Positions 41,746 to 55,410 of a stretch of DNA of 64,000 nt are shown piece by piece. Position 1 is the first letter of the stretch. Every line of letters starts with the position of its first letter. Under the pieces are notes generated by a model. It made no database searches. It was not told where the DNA came from and was given only the letters and a program-made list of their open reading frames with translations. The DNA lies in contig NW_027362765.1 of NCBI RefSeq assembly GCF_046119375.1, positions 118,978,001-119,042,000 of the forward strand. Direction: 5' to 3'. Source of the stretch: Phyllobates terribilis (taxonomy: Eukaryota). The position numbers were made by a program, and so were the translations under genes.

Positions 41746-42698
41746 GTCTTTCTGCCACTGCTTCTCTCCTTTCTCTTGCTTGGATGATTGCCTCTTACCA
41801 AAAGGTCCTAAGAGATTCCCGGGACGATAAGATGCCCATGTCCTACAAAGGGGCTGTAGTGCAAATACTATGGCATCTCTTCACCATTGCTGCCCGAGCC
41901 TTGGCCTTCTCCCTCTTTGCCTCTGTCTTCCACTTATACTTTGGTATCTTCATTGTCACTCACTGGTGTCTCATGACTTTTTGGATTATCCAAGGGGAGA
42001 CAGACTTCTGCATGTCTCGCTGGGAGGAGATCATCTACAACATGGTGCTGGGGATCATCTACATCTTCTGCTGGTTCAATGTTCGTGAGGGTCGGACTCG
42101 CTGTAGAATGAGCACCTACTACATCATTGTACTGTCTGAGAACGCAGTCCTCACCGCTCTGTGGTATTATTATCGGCCAGATTATATGCTCAGTGACTTC
42201 TACGCTCTACTTATTGTTTGTTCGGTGCTCTGCAGCTTTGCTCTTGGTGTCTTCTTCATGCTTATATACTACAGTCTTCTGCATCCCAATGGTCCAATGT
42301 TTGGCCCCTCAAGTAGTAGTTGTGTGTTCACAGAAGGTCCTGAGACTTCTAGGGTCCCTGAATTGGAAGGCGCAGAAAGCCTTCCTTGTACTCTACCACG
42401 GACTACAGAGCAAGAACGGGACATGGTGCCTGGTGACAGGGACAGTTGTGTTCCTGTGTTCCAAGTCCGTTCTAGTGTCCCACCAACCCCTGTGACACGT
42501 GTTCCCCGAGCGCAAGGGCCTGTCATACGTATCGATCTTCCACGAAAGAAATATCCTGCCTGGGATGCCCATTTTATTGACCGCCGCTTGCGGAAGACTA
42601 TTTTGGCCTTGGAATATACTTCCCCAGCAACACCCCGTGTCCAGTACCGAACTTTAGGGACCTCACAGGAAGTTATGGAGTATGAAACAACAGTGTGA
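41746..42698 (+). CDS. xkr7: XK-related protein 7, coding exon 3
   Basis: [14 protein letters not shown]...GETDFCMS...[22 protein letters not shown]...YETTV*; the spliced CDS is 1491 nt (496 aa). Confidence 0.97.
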
Positions 42699-44384
42699 CC
42701 CTCTTCTCAAGCTGTAGGGTGAAGGAGAGACTGGGGGATCACCTGATGGTGAGGAGATGCTCTTCAAAGTCTTGGAGGGTGAGGAGAATAGAGACACTGG
42801 TATGGGTCCAGTGGCAGAAGAGTTGGCCTTCAGAGGAGACCAGTAGTGGCTATGGTTGGCATTCTGCAATATTATAGGTCACGCCGTGAAATGTTTGGTG
42901 TCTTATTGAAGGTTTCTGTGCACACATTGAGCAGAAGGCACTCTCTGGTGTATTGTATGTATGTTATAAGAAGAGAATCTGGAGCAGAAATAGGCATCTG
43001 AAGGTTCTCCAAATATGTCTGGGCAAGACCTTGCCAGTCAGCAATGTCTTAAGAGCAAGCAGTTGACTGGCAAGACCTTTAGGTGGCTTTCAAGTCAATA
43101 GCTGATGCCATTTCACAGGTTTACAAATCTGCTATAAGATCTGAAGTGTGTGGCTGATGTTTAAGAGGTCAAAAATAAAAGAAGCTGGCGTGTGTGTAGA
43201 TCCTGATCAGGAAATGGGAGAAGAGCGGCAGTAAGAGTGGGCAGAGGTACCTTGGATAGTTCTGTAGGACTTGATGACATATGGAAAGACCTCTGTCCTG
43301 TAAAAAAAAAAAGATCACGCTGGCCCGGTGAAATGGGTGTTTTTGGAGTGTGAGTAACACCTACTATGAGCACATGACTGCCTGTATTGTATATAATGGT
43401 GGTGACGTGTATGGTGGTGTTTCTATAGTGGTGTGCAAGCCTATATATCGTGAGCTGGACTTCCAGATTGTTCATTATGGGGAGCCTTACCTATCTACAA
43501 CTACAATGCACAGGGGCATTATCAGCCCTTAAACCCAATGGTCTGCAACATCTGGTGCTTCAGCTGTTTTGAAACTACAACTCTCATCAGGTTTTGGGTC
43601 TGAATTGTAGTTTATTACTAGATGGAGTGTTTAATATCCCATAAACAGCAATGAAAGTAGAGCACAGTCACAGGTATCATGTACCCCATATTAGTCCCTA
43701 ATGTATTCACACCCTCACACATGGTATAGAGATGTATACGGTATAGTAGCGTCATGTGGGGCACATCACACAGCAGTGTATGGGATTACAGGGCAGCAGA
43801 TTGGGAAATATTAGTCTCAGTGGGACCACAGTGTAATGGGATTTCAAATGCCGCCATGTTGTTGTGTTTGGAGCAGAAGTAAAGTGTGTGATCATGGACG
43901 TCTCATATCATATCCCACGAAGGCGGCAATGAATGGGATTTATGGACTATAGCCGGACAATACGGGTATACTAGTTCTACAGCTTCTCTGCTTCATATTA
44001 CACAATTCCCCAGTGTAAGGGAAGTAGCTCTGGCAGGTGCAGGGGTAGAAGTAGCATATGATCCTTGATGCCTAAAGGGCCCAAAATCCCCCCGGCACAT
44101 AAGGAGACACCAATATCATAATGGCACATGGTAAATGTGGGTCTCTGTTGCAGATCTTGAATTGGCTTCACATAATACCTCTACTCAGCACGATACATGC
44201 TACTGGCTAATAAGAGCTTATGTAAAGCTCACAATGGGATCTGGGTTATCTACATCACATTCATACACTGCAATATATGTAAACTATATGCAATATTGCT
44301 GGACTTCATTAACACATGATCCCAGGTCCACAGTGACTTTAAAAAAAAATCTCACAATATTTCATAGAAAATTAATGTCCAAGG

Positions 44385-45695
44385 TACTTTGTAAATACAT
44401 TACATTACTTATCCTGTATTGATCCTGAGTTACATCTTGTATTATACTCCAGAGCTGCATTCAGTATTCTGCTGGTGGAGTCACTGTGTACATACATTAC
44501 ATTACTTATCCTGTATTGATCCTGAGTTACATCTTGTATTATACTCCAGAGCTGCACTCACTATTCTGCTGGTGGAGTCACTGTGTACATACATTACTTA
44601 TCCTGTACTGATCCTGAGTTACATCCTGTATTATACTCCAGAGCTGCACTCACTATTCCGCTGGTGGAGTCACTGTGTACATACATTACTTATCCTGTAT
44701 TGATCCTGAGTTACATCTTGTATTATACTCCAGAGCTGCACTCACTATTCTGCTGGTGGAGTCACTGTGTACATACATTACATTACTTATCCTGTACTGA
44801 TCCTGGGTTACATCTTGTATTATACTCCTGAGCTGCACTCACTGTTCTGCTGGTGGAGTCACTGTATACATACATTACATTACTTATCCTGTACTGATCC
44901 TGAGTTGCATCCTATATTATTATACTCCAGAGCTGCACTCGCTATTCATCAGGTTATTATTAGAAACAGTCTGCAAGCTTTTGATAAGTTACACTAACTA
45001 TTTCACTGTAATGCATGGGGCGTAATGTGTAATGTAATGTTTGTGTACAGTAACTTCACCAGCAGAATAATGAGTGCAGCTCCTGAGTATAATAAAGGAT
45101 GAGGATCGGTACAGAATAAGTAATGTAATTAATGTTTATACACAGTGACTCCATCAGCAGACTAGTGAGTGCAGCTCTGGATTATAACACAAGATGTAAC
45201 TCAGGATCAGTGTAGGATAAGTAATGTAATGTATTTACACAGTGACTCCACCAGCAGAATATTGAGTGCAGCTCTGGAGTATAATACAGGCTGTAACTCA
45301 GGATCAGTACAGGATAAGTAATGTAATGTATGTACACAGTGAATGCACCAGCAGAATAGTGAGTGCAGTTCTGGAGTATAATACAGGATGTAACTCAGGA
45401 TAAGTAATGTAATGTATGTACACAGTAACTCCACCAGTAGAATAGTGAGTGCAGCTCTGGAGTATAATACAGGATGTAACTCAGGATCAGTACAGGATAA
45501 GTAATGTAATGTATGTACACAGTAACTCCACCAGTAGAATAGTGAGTGCAGCTCTGGAGTATAATACAGGATGTAACTCAGGATCAGTACAGGATAAGTA
45601 ATGTAATGTATGTACACAGTGACTCCACCAGTAGAATAGTGAGTGCAGCTCTGGAGTATAATACAGGATGTAACTGAGGATCGGTACAGAATAAG
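44385..45695. repeat. Two ~97-bp tandem arrays in inverted orientation (foldback-like)
   Basis: Unit ATACATTACATTACTTATCCTGTA...GGAGTCACTGTGTAC at 44395/44492; reverse-complement array at ~45010-45695; ~60-bp spacer. Confidence 0.9.
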
Positions 45696-48600
45696 TGTTG
45701 CAATTTATTTAGATCTTTTTCCTATACAAAAAAATGTAAAATAGCATTAAATATTGAACACATGCTTTCATTTATTCTGGCTAGTAGGCTGCATAGCCAA
45801 GAACTTCTTGACAGCCTCATGTTACCTCATATGCATGAATCATAGTTGTTTTCCTTATGGGAAGACCAGACAGATTTGTACAGTTGACAAAAAGCCCCGT
45901 AGAAGTAAAGTGTGTTGTGGTGGAAGGAGCCTGTTTCCATAACTGTGTCTATAAGATGGTGACATCATCTTCCTCCTCCTTTCTGACTTGTATTCCCATT
46001 AGTTGTACTTATCATTTTGGCTCATCATCTTCAGGCGCCCGCTCATGTTAAGCAGTGGTGTCTTCATTGCTCTTCTCATATGTTTCTGGTAATAACCAGG
46101 CAGCCATTTTGTTGTAGCCCTTTTGAGGTAATGCGTATAGTTGTCCTGTATATAGCCCTCAGTGCAGATATGACGTGGTGTCGCTGGGTGGTGGCCACTT
46201 CAGTGCTGTGTAATGTGCCGTTGTTTTGCTCACGACTGGACCACACGTAATTGTGACGCACGGACTGGCTCCTCATGTATTATATCTATAAACTAATCAA
46301 GCTTATATATTGGGAGAGGAGGACTGCTCATAGTCTGTGTCAATTGATTCAGCCTAACCATGATTTTATATACTTTGGCCATGAACGGGAAGAGGTGGGA
46401 CAGTGTCAATAGTCTTCTTAAGTAACATATATTCTATTTCTACGGGAAGTCTGTCGATTTGATGCAATGTTCTGAAGGGAGACGTCTTTTGGAGCGACGC
46501 TTTGCAGGTAAGAATTTGTGCTTTGTATGTTAGTAGATCAGCAATAAGGAAAAGCAATACCCAAGTGGCTAAAAAAAAAGAAAATAAAAAACATTTGGTT
46601 AATATTTTAGGGCTGTTAATTAAGGGTCCAGGCCAAAGATACATTTCATAGATCACCAACCCTAGAGCTCCACCCAAACACATCACAACACGAGTCAGTG
46701 GATCCCATTATGTATACGGATCTGTTGGTTCCCCTCAAACATCCACTCTTCTTAGTAGCCATGTCTGCCTACCCTGTCTCTAAAAAGATTAAACTCTCCA
46801 TTTGGACATACATGGTTAGATGACCCCAAAATTAACTTCACCATTCACCTGGACATAGGGGTCACTAATTTTTCAGTGCATCTGGAACCTTCTCCACTTG
46901 TAGTCACTTCAATATCTGAGGTGGCTTCAAGCCTTTTTATTTGTCTACTTTGGTTACCCGATTCATCATTGATTTCCTAGAACAGAAGATCCTTTTCTCA
47001 AGTCTTCTTCTTATGGAAGGTTGCATACATGGGATTTCCCATCCTAACCTCCAACATCTAATCATCTATCAATGGGTTGCCATGTTGCTTATACTGCTCC
47101 AGCATCTCCAAATGTGCCATTATGGATGGGCATCATCTTGTGGAGATCTCCTTCCCTATCAGTTGAGGTACCTGCATCTCCTCAGTAGCCCTAGGACTAT
47201 GCCCATCTAAAGGTTAGCCAAACGTGTTAGAACTTGAAAGCACACAACTTTGATGAGTTCCAAGGATATAGGATTTTATGGTCAATGTCAACTTTCCTGA
47301 GAGCAATAACCATTGTACGTTCTACCAATTGTGATCATCTACAGCCACCGACTGTTATGAGAACCTCCACATCGTAGCTCTTCATCATTAGTAAGGGGCC
47401 AGATACTCGGTTGCTCAAGTTCTTGGTGTTTACCCCCTTACAATTAAAACAATTTAGAAAAACATGGCTGCTTTGTTTGAGAAACAGCGCTGCTTCATTG
47501 AAGTAAAGGGAGCTTATCTACAATACCACATACAACCATTGTTTCCGAAACAAAGTATCCTTGTCATTACAGAATATACACAGCATTGGACATTTCAGTT
47601 TCAGATCTGGACATCCAGAAGATGACTTTTAACGTTAATGTTGGGTTCCTTTTCCTATACATGACCATTTAGTTGACTTTCCAGTATTTTATGGGGTTCT
47701 GTCCTACTAGATTAAGTATGGGTGTGGAATGGGTGGGAAAGTGTTGCCATTGGCACTTACTATGGTCCTTGTCATGGATGGCAACACACATTGGCTTAGT
47801 TGGGCATCTGCCCTATTGCCCAATCTAATTTGTGGACTGGTCCTGGAGATTGGGGGCGCATGTTCACTTTTCCATATGAGCAGTCTCCGAATGACTGCTG
47901 AATCTCCAGCTGATCGGTGTGTTAGTCAAGTCTGCTAATGTAATGGACAAAAGATATATAATAGATAACTCGATTTCCCATCTCCTGTATTGCCTGATAC
48001 ATTCCTGTGAATCTTATCTGTATATATATGGTGAGTTCTGACGTCAGTGCTTATAATTGATGAGTCTTAATATAATTGCGTAATTTTGAAGTGAATGACC
48101 CTATTAGAAATGGTGGCAGATATCCAGAGTCTCCCTTGATTTCTATGACGTATAAAAACTGACCTGGCTGCAGTTTTGTGCCTTTGTCTTGAAATCTCTT
48201 GGTGACTATTAATAATCTTAAAGGGCACTTCCAGTCGTCTTTCATACTAACATGATTTAATTTTCACTGGTAGAAGATTCATTCTTTTGTACATTGTTAC
48301 CCAGTGATGAGTAACCAGAGCTTCTAAGAGGAGCAGAGGAAGGGAAGAGACTACTGCTCTGTGCACATTCCTGACAAGTGGTTGTCACTTTATATGTCCA
48401 TTCAGCCATTGTCCTGACAAACTGAGCTGTTCTACACCAGCATTAAAGAGGTGTCCTCATCTTTCTTCAGGAGCTCACCGTCCTTCTCCCTCCTGGCTTC
48501 CTTCTTGCAATGGGGGAAGGTGCGCTCCTGATGAATAACAGTTTGAGATGGCGGCACAGTTGAGCTGCTGGACCAAACCGTAGATTCTTCGATACTGCAA

Positions 48601-48769
48601 GCTGAGGCAGCTTTGTTTCTGCAGCATCGGAGGAGCGCTGGGACACTAAAGCTGTTGAGATAACCCCTTTAAGTAATGTAATCTGTTCTTGCTATGAACA
48701 AAAATCTAACTGCTATAATACCGCCACTGATGTACACCAATGTAACGAAGACTCTATTATATTACTGCC

Positions 48770-49290
48770 CCCTTTGAAGAAAAATAGAATTATCATAGTA
48801 CTGCCCCCTCTGTACAAGCATATAACTACTATAATACTGCCCCATATGTACAAGATTATAACTGCTATAATACTGCCCCTTATGTGCAAGAATTTAACTA
48901 CTATAATACTGCCCCATATGTGCAAGAATATAACTACTATAATACTGCTCCTATGTACAAGCATATAACTACTATAATAATGCCCCCTATGTACAGGAAT
49001 ATAACTACTATAATACTGCCCCTATGTACAAGAATATTACTACTATAATACTGCTCCTATGTACAAGCATATAACTACTATAATACTGCCCCTATGTACA
49101 AGAATATAACTACTATAATACTGCCCCTTATGCACAAGAATATAACTACTATAATACTGTCCCCTATGTTCAAGAATATAACTACTATAATACTGCCCCC
49201 TATGTACAAGAATATAACTACTATAATACTGCACCCTATGGGCAATAATAGAACTATTATAGTACTGCCCTCAATATACAAGAATATCAG
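48770..49290. repeat. 35-bp AAGAATATAACTACTATAATACTGCCCCTATGTAC minisatellite
   Basis: Direct tandem units; same family as the array in ccm2l intron 3. Confidence 0.92.
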
Positions 49291-50365
49291 AATAAGTATG
49301 TAAAACAGTGTCCGTATCTGACTGGAATAGCCCTTTAACAATTGGTTGCCCTGTACATTGATGCCCCTACCACTCGGGCAGTAGTTTTTTGTAGAGATTA
49401 TTTGGGATCTGCCCTGGGTGTTGCTTCTGCTGATTGTATGCACATTGCAGATAAGCACATTGATATCATGGAGTGTAACTGGAGATTTCAGACTGTTATT
49501 ACCTGGAGACGATGGAGGGTGTTGAGTTGTAAAATCCCTGGTGTGTCAAGCAATGGATATAGCCTGAACTCCTCTACACAGAGCGACTCATCGATGTATC
49601 CCCTCCTGTATGACGGCAGACGTACAATGAAGCTCCCTGTACTGACAAATGCCACCTCTACGTAGGCCTGTGATTGGTTGGCTCGCTGATTGGGGTGGAC
49701 GTCATTGACTATAAGCTGCTGATTGTATGTCCTGTGTTTATTCCAGTGCCTGGAGTCCTGTATCTCACAGAATTGTCACAGATCCACCCCCCAACGTGCA
49801 CAAAATCCCTTTCATTGGGGGCAAAATCAGGATTCTAGGAATCTTTTTTTGTAAACACCAATTTTTGTATATTTTTCATTTGGTGCTACATGAAATAATA
49901 AACGTAATTTCAGTAACTTGTCTGCTGTTTTCAATTACATAAGAGTCAATGGAAGCATATTTATCTAGAAAGCAATTAAATCTTGCCAGGGGTCCAGGCT
50001 AGGGGTTTATACTGGGGTGGGAGGCCGTCATAGGAAAATTATAATGCTGCCCAGTCCATTTCATTTACAGATTGGCCACCAACATTCAACTTAAATCTGA
50101 CCGATCAATTCTTTTTTTATATATAAGGGACAGGAATATACAATACCTGCCTTCACCAATCCCCTACCACTGCCATTCTGATGCTGATCCATGTGCCTGC
50201 CAAGATCCTATCCCAATATACAGTAGGTGTAATGATAATAGCAAATGGCTCCAATTAGAAATTTAGTATAGTTCTTCTGATAAGCTATGTCGCTTACCCT
50301 ATGTGCAGGGCATTGCAGTAGCTTAGGTATTCATGGTTACGACCACTCATGTAGTGACAGTTCGT

Positions 50366-50462
50366 TGAACATACAAACTTCCTGAAGATATTGTCCTTGG
50401 TGAGATTTGATCCCAGGACCCCACGGTGGCTGCAATTCTAACCACTAAGTCACCGTGCTGCC
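50366..50462 (-). mobile_element. tRNA-derived SINE 5' fragment
   Basis: Minus strand reads GGCAGCACGGTGACTTAGTGGTTAG...GGGTCCTGGGATCAAATCTCACCAAGGACAATATC, with degenerate A and B boxes. Confidence 0.65.
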
Positions 50463-50637
50463 ATATATTTTCACCAGTTTACCCTTCTGCAGGCTTTGTC
50501 TCTAATTTTCAGTTATCTCTGACCTAATGGGTAGAGACTGGCTGCCATGATGTCTACCATACACAGAGACAGAAGGATTCCTGTCTCTTTCTCTGTTTAG
50601 CACATGTTCAAAAGTGGTAGCAGCATGGAATACATTA

Positions 50638-51667
50638 CACTGTGTGCAGAATTATTAGACAAGTGAGTATTTTGACCAGATCATAATTTTTATGCAGATT
50701 TTCCAACTCTGGCGCTGTGTAAACTTGAATGCTTATTGGATGAAGCAGTTCTGGTGATGTGTATTTGTGTAATAGGGGGGTCTAAAGAAACAACACCCTT
50801 TATCAAGGTGAGTAGAATTATTAGGCACATTGTAAATGGGTAAAAAATAATGGGCTAAAAAAGAGATTTATTGGATTCTGAAAAGTGAAAAATTGTTACA
50901 AGTCTTACGGAAAGATGCAGCACTCCTGAAATTCCTAAGTTATTGGAATGCGATCCCAGAACCACTCCAAAAGTTTTGTTGCAAATAGTGTCATGGGGAT
51001 ACTGCGACAGAGAGGGGCCAAAATATTGCAGCGTCTGGTCACACGAAATTCTGCACTGATTAGAACTGCTTCACCATCCTATTAAACAGTGCAGGTTTCC
51101 TTGCTGTCATGTTCAGTTGATCTCTTGGAGCTCGCCTTTCTGAATTGCCTCAGCTGTTCAGTGTTGGCCACTCCCCTCTAATATATATGTTTGACACTGG
51201 CACTTGATAAATGCCAGTGATAGTTCTTACTTCCTGGTTAGGTGTTGGGGGGAGAAATTCAGTGTTTGGAGTAGGCGGTTGGAGAGTTGTTCAAGAGATT
51301 TCTGCGTGGAGTTGGTTTGCATGTTTATCCTCATCCTCTCCTATTTGGTTTCTCCTATCTATGTCTCCCCTGTGTTCCACTCTGTTGTTTTGAGAGTTTA
51401 TTTGTATGATTGTAGTTTTCTTTTATCCCTGTCTGTCTTCCCTTGTCTGTCTGGTAAGTGTAATCCTATACACTTCAGCCTCACAACTCCCTGGGTGGGG
51501 GAGCGAACAGAGAAGGTTTAAGATAGGAGAATAGCAAGGTACATGACCCCAGCGTCTTAACATTCCAGGGGACAGGGATAGACTAGGGTGCCCCCTAGTT
51601 CGAGAGATCAGGTAGGCGCCCACCAACCCTAGTCACTACGTGACACATAGTCAACAGGGTCGCAAAT
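50638..51667 (+). mobile_element. Tc1 5' remnant, split by a solo LTR
   Basis: TA|CACTGTGTGCAGAATTATTAG terminus, with the motif repeated at 50813; sequence continues GCAAATAG|TCAACAGGGTCGCAA across the LTR. Confidence 0.65.
50989..51645. mobile_element. Solo LTR (657 bp)
   Basis: TGTCATG...CGTGACA termini; 5-bp TSD AATAG/CATAG. Confidence 0.75.
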
Positions 51668-51696
51668 AACGTGTTTAGAAATTAGACACACGTTAA

Positions 51697-52400
51697 AGGG
51701 GTGGTCGGGCAACTAAAATGTTCTTTCTAAATATCTGTCTTTACACCTTAACCACTTATGTAATAATACAATACCCTACACTTTTCCTTGTCTATCTAAT
51801 CCCTAAATGTGTTTTTTTTTTACTTAACTTCCTGTGACGTTTAGTTTCAAAGGAGTCTCAAATGTGACGTCACTGGAGGCTAGAGCTGCACATACTCCCC
51901 ATAGCATCCATCGCTCCTTCTGGAACAGGACATCATCAGGGGGTAGCGCTGCAATTATTACAGTTTCTTGCATCGCTGCCCCCTCTGAAGATGTCCTGGA
52001 TCCCAGGTGAAACAAGACAAGGATCAGTGAGTGACACCAGCGATATCCCACAGCTTCTAACACCACCCTCAAAAAAATCATTGGGGCGGTGTTGGAAGCA
52101 GTGTCAGTGAGGCCAGCGCTGCCCCTGATGATGATTAGTTTGCGAGCGCAACTTGTGAACTTACCCATAGGATTCGGCTCTGCTGGCTGGATCGAGCTGT
52201 CGTCGGTATGACATCAAGAGAAGTGAATGAGAATCTAGTCGGCACATGACTGCATGTATACAAATGTCATACTTGTGGGCACATGATGACCTGTCGAACC
52301 AGCTAGCAGAGTTGAATCCTAACAATATATATAGTACACACTGTTAGTATTCGACAAGTTGCACTGCTTTCCATAAGTTTGCCCTGGAATGGAAGACCAC
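51697..52400. mobile_element. T2/Kolobok-like MITE
   Basis: TTAA|AGGGGTGGTC ... GACCAC|TTAA; internal inverted segments. Confidence 0.45.
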
Positions 52401-52591
52401 TTAAATCTGGAGTTACAGAGGATTGTCCAGACTGGGTATGACTGTGACAAAGTGTGTGAGAAGTATTTTGTCTGGAATTTCAGCCTGTGGATGTAAACAA
52501 GAATGATCCCATTCGATGGCCGCAAACAGAGATCTTGAAAATAGTGAAGGCTTGAAAACCAAAGTATACCATGTTCTTTGGTCGCTATCTA

Positions 52592-54052
52592 CAGTAGGGA
52601 AAATAAGTATTTGATACACTGCCAATTTTGCAAGTTTTCCCACCTACAAAGAATGGAGAGGTCTGAAATTTTTATCGTAGTTACATTTCAACTGTGAGAG
52701 ACAGAATCGAAACAAAAAATATTCAGAAAATAACATTGTATGATGTTTAAATAATTAAATTACATTTTATTGCATGAAATAAGTATTTGATCACCTGCCA
52801 ACCAGCAAGAATTCTGTCTCTCACAGTCCTGTTAGTTTTTCTTTAAGAAGCCCTCCTACTCTGCACTCATTACCTGTATTAGTTGCACCTGTTTGAACTT
52901 GTTACCTGTATAAAAGACACCTGCCCCCACAATCAATCACACTCCAACCTCTCCACTATGGCCAAGACCAAAGAGCTGTCTAAGGACACCAGGGACGAAA
53001 TGGATGGGCTACAGGACATTAGGCAAGCAGCTTGTTGAGAAGGCAACAACTGTTGGTGCAATTATTAGAAAATGGAAGAAAAGATGACTGCCAATCTTCC
53101 TCACTCTGGGGCTCCATGCAAGATCTCACCTTCTGGGGTAAGGGTGATTCTGAGAAAGGTCAGGAATCAGCCCAGAACTACACGGGAGGACCTGGTCAAT
53201 TACCTGAAGTGAGCTGGGACCACAGTTTCAAACATTGCCGTTAGTAACACACTATGCCGTCATGGATTAAAATCCTCCAGGGCATGCAAGGTCCCCCTGC
53301 TCATTCCAGCACATGTCCAGGCCCATTTGAAGTGTTTGAAGGAAGAAGAAGGATGAGTCCAACCCCAAGAACCCCGTCCCAACCATTAAGCATGGTGGGG
53401 GAAACATCATACTTTAGGGGTGCTTTTCTGCTAAGGGGACAGGATGACTGCACCATATTGAATGGAGGATTTATGGGGTCATGTATCATGAGATTTTAGC
53501 CAACAACCTCCTTCCCTCAGTAAGAGTATTAAAGATGGGTCATGGCTGGGTCTTCCAGCATGACATTGACCTGAAACACACAGCCAGGACAACTAAGGAG
53601 TGGCTCCGTAAGAAGCTTTTCAAGGTCCTGGAGTGGCCTCGCCAGTCTCCAGACCTGAACCCAATAGAAAATTTTTGGTGGGAGCTGAAACTCAATGTTG
53701 CCCAGCGACAGCCCCGAAAACCTGAAAGATCTGGAGAAGATCTGTATGGAGGAGTGGGCCAAAATCCCTGCTGCAGTGTGTGCAGACTTGGTCAAGAACT
53801 ACAGGAAACGTCTGACCTCTGTAATTGCAAATAAAGGTTTCTGTACCAAATATTACGGTCTGGTTTTCTATTGTATCAAATACTTATTTCATGCAGTAAA
53901 ATTAATTATGTAAAAATCATACAATGTGATTTTCTGTTTTTTTTTCTTTTTAGAGTCTGTCTCTCACAGATGAAGTGTACATAAGATAAAAATTACAGAC
54001 CTCTCCATTCTTCGTAGTTGGGAAAACTTGCAAATACTTATTATCTCCACTG
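52592..54052 (+). mobile_element. Degenerate Tc1 transposon
   Basis: TA|CAGTAGGGAAAATAAGTATTTG ... CAAATACTTATTATCTCCACTG|TA; fragments [31 protein letters not shown]. Confidence 0.88.
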
Positions 54053-54777
54053 TATATTACTAAAGGATCTGGAGCATATATTGGACCAACCTCCAGAACT
54101 GTTGCCCCCTGTAGGGAAAAACGGATTTTGGCCCTGATCCCTTATGCGAGATCTTCATCACTGCAGATCATCCGTCGTTGGCTATGTGAATAGCTACATC
54201 AGTCCTCCCAATGCTTTTAAAGAAAATAAGACAAACCAGACAACTAAGAATAATTTCTACATAGCAGCACAATGCAGAAATGACAATGTGCAGTTCTGAT
54301 GCTGTTTATTATGGAGGTGCCAAGAAGGAATGTGCTGAGGCGTTCAACCATATGGCTGCACATGGGGGGTCCAGGCCCCAGAGAGGAGCATATGGCTGAT
54401 ACCACATTGTATTCTGTGCTGTGAAGCTGCACTAAATATCCATAGGAAAACATATTTATGGAAGATTTAAAGGGGTTGAACAAGATTTAAAAAAACATGG
54501 TTACTTTCTTCCGGAAACAGTGCTCATTGGTCCACAAGTTGCGCCTGGTATTACAGCTTAGCTCCAAAGGGTAACGTTTCTCCTTACGGAGAGTGACATG
54601 CCAGGCTAAGGAGGCTTGTAGGTCGTGCAATGACCCACTGGGAAATAAAATACATACATTTTCTCTTCAGAGAGGAAGAGGACTTGAACTCTAGTGCCAC
54701 CTATTGGATGTCGCAATCCTAGAAGTCAATATAGATAGAGCCTTTAATGAGCCTTGCCATATGACTTAGGATAAAAG

Positions 54778-54856
54778 CCAAACCAGAATCTCAATTTACA
54801 GACACGTGTTTTGGGGTTTTGCCCCTCCTCAGTGCAAAGCATGAGATGTGATTTGG
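54778..54856 (-). ncRNA. Type I hammerhead motif, probably inactivated (GAAA changed to AAAA)
   Basis: Minus strand TTTGCA-CTGAGGA-GGGG CAAAA CCCC-AAAA-CACGTG-TC-TGTAAA; perfect palindromic stem III ACACGTGT. Confidence 0.75.
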
Positions 54857-55006
54857 TTGTATGAGAGGCCTCTTCAAAAACACAATTTCCATATTTAATT
54901 TCCCAGAGGAGCATTGCATGGCTTATAAGTTACCTTACACTGATATAGCACTCTCCATAAGGAGAAACATTAGCCCTTAGACCCCAGTCAGAGGTCGCTT
55001 ATACAG

Positions 55007-55085
55007 CCAAATCCGATCTCATGTTTTGCACTGAGGAGGGGGAAAACACCGAAATACGTGTCTGTAAATTGAGATTCTGGTTCGG
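55007..55085 (+). ncRNA. Type I hammerhead ribozyme motif
   Basis: TTTGCA-CTGAGGA(55031)-stem II with one mismatch-GAAA(55051)-TACGTG-TC(55062)-TGTAAA; extended stem I TCTCA/TGAGA. Confidence 0.78.
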
Positions 55086-55330
55086 CTTTTATCCTAAGTC
55101 ATGTGGCATGGCCTGTTAAAGGGTTCATATTGATTTCTAGGATTGCTACATCCAATAGGTGACACTATTATTCAAGTCCTCTTCCTCTCTGAAGAGGCAA
55201 TTAGCATATTTAATTTCCCAGATGGGCATTGCATAACCTATAAGTCTCCTTATACTGGCAAGTCAGGCATGTCACTTTCCACAAGTAGAAACATTAGCCC
55301 TTAGACCCCAGTCAGAGGCCTCTCATACAG

Positions 55331-55410
55331 CCAAATCAGATCTCTATGCTTTGCACTGAGGAGGGGCAAAACCTCGAAATATGTGTCTGTAAATTGAGAT
55401 TCTGGTTTGG
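55331..55410 (+). ncRNA. Type I hammerhead ribozyme motif (most intact core and stem II)
   Basis: TTTGCA-CTGAGGA(55356)-GGGG CAAAA CCTC-GAAA(55376)-TATGTG-TC(55387)-TGTAAA; CCAAATCAGATCTC pairs with GAGATTCTGGTTTGG. Confidence 0.82.

Noticed and set aside
43174-43179. AATAAA as the xkr7 poly(A) signal
   Set aside because: Plausible, but it lies in an A-run and cannot be supported without transcript data
46680-47400. Possible autonomous Penelope or other RT remnant near the ribozyme repeats
   Set aside because: Frames I translated are stop-ridden, with no recognisable RT or GIY-YIG motif
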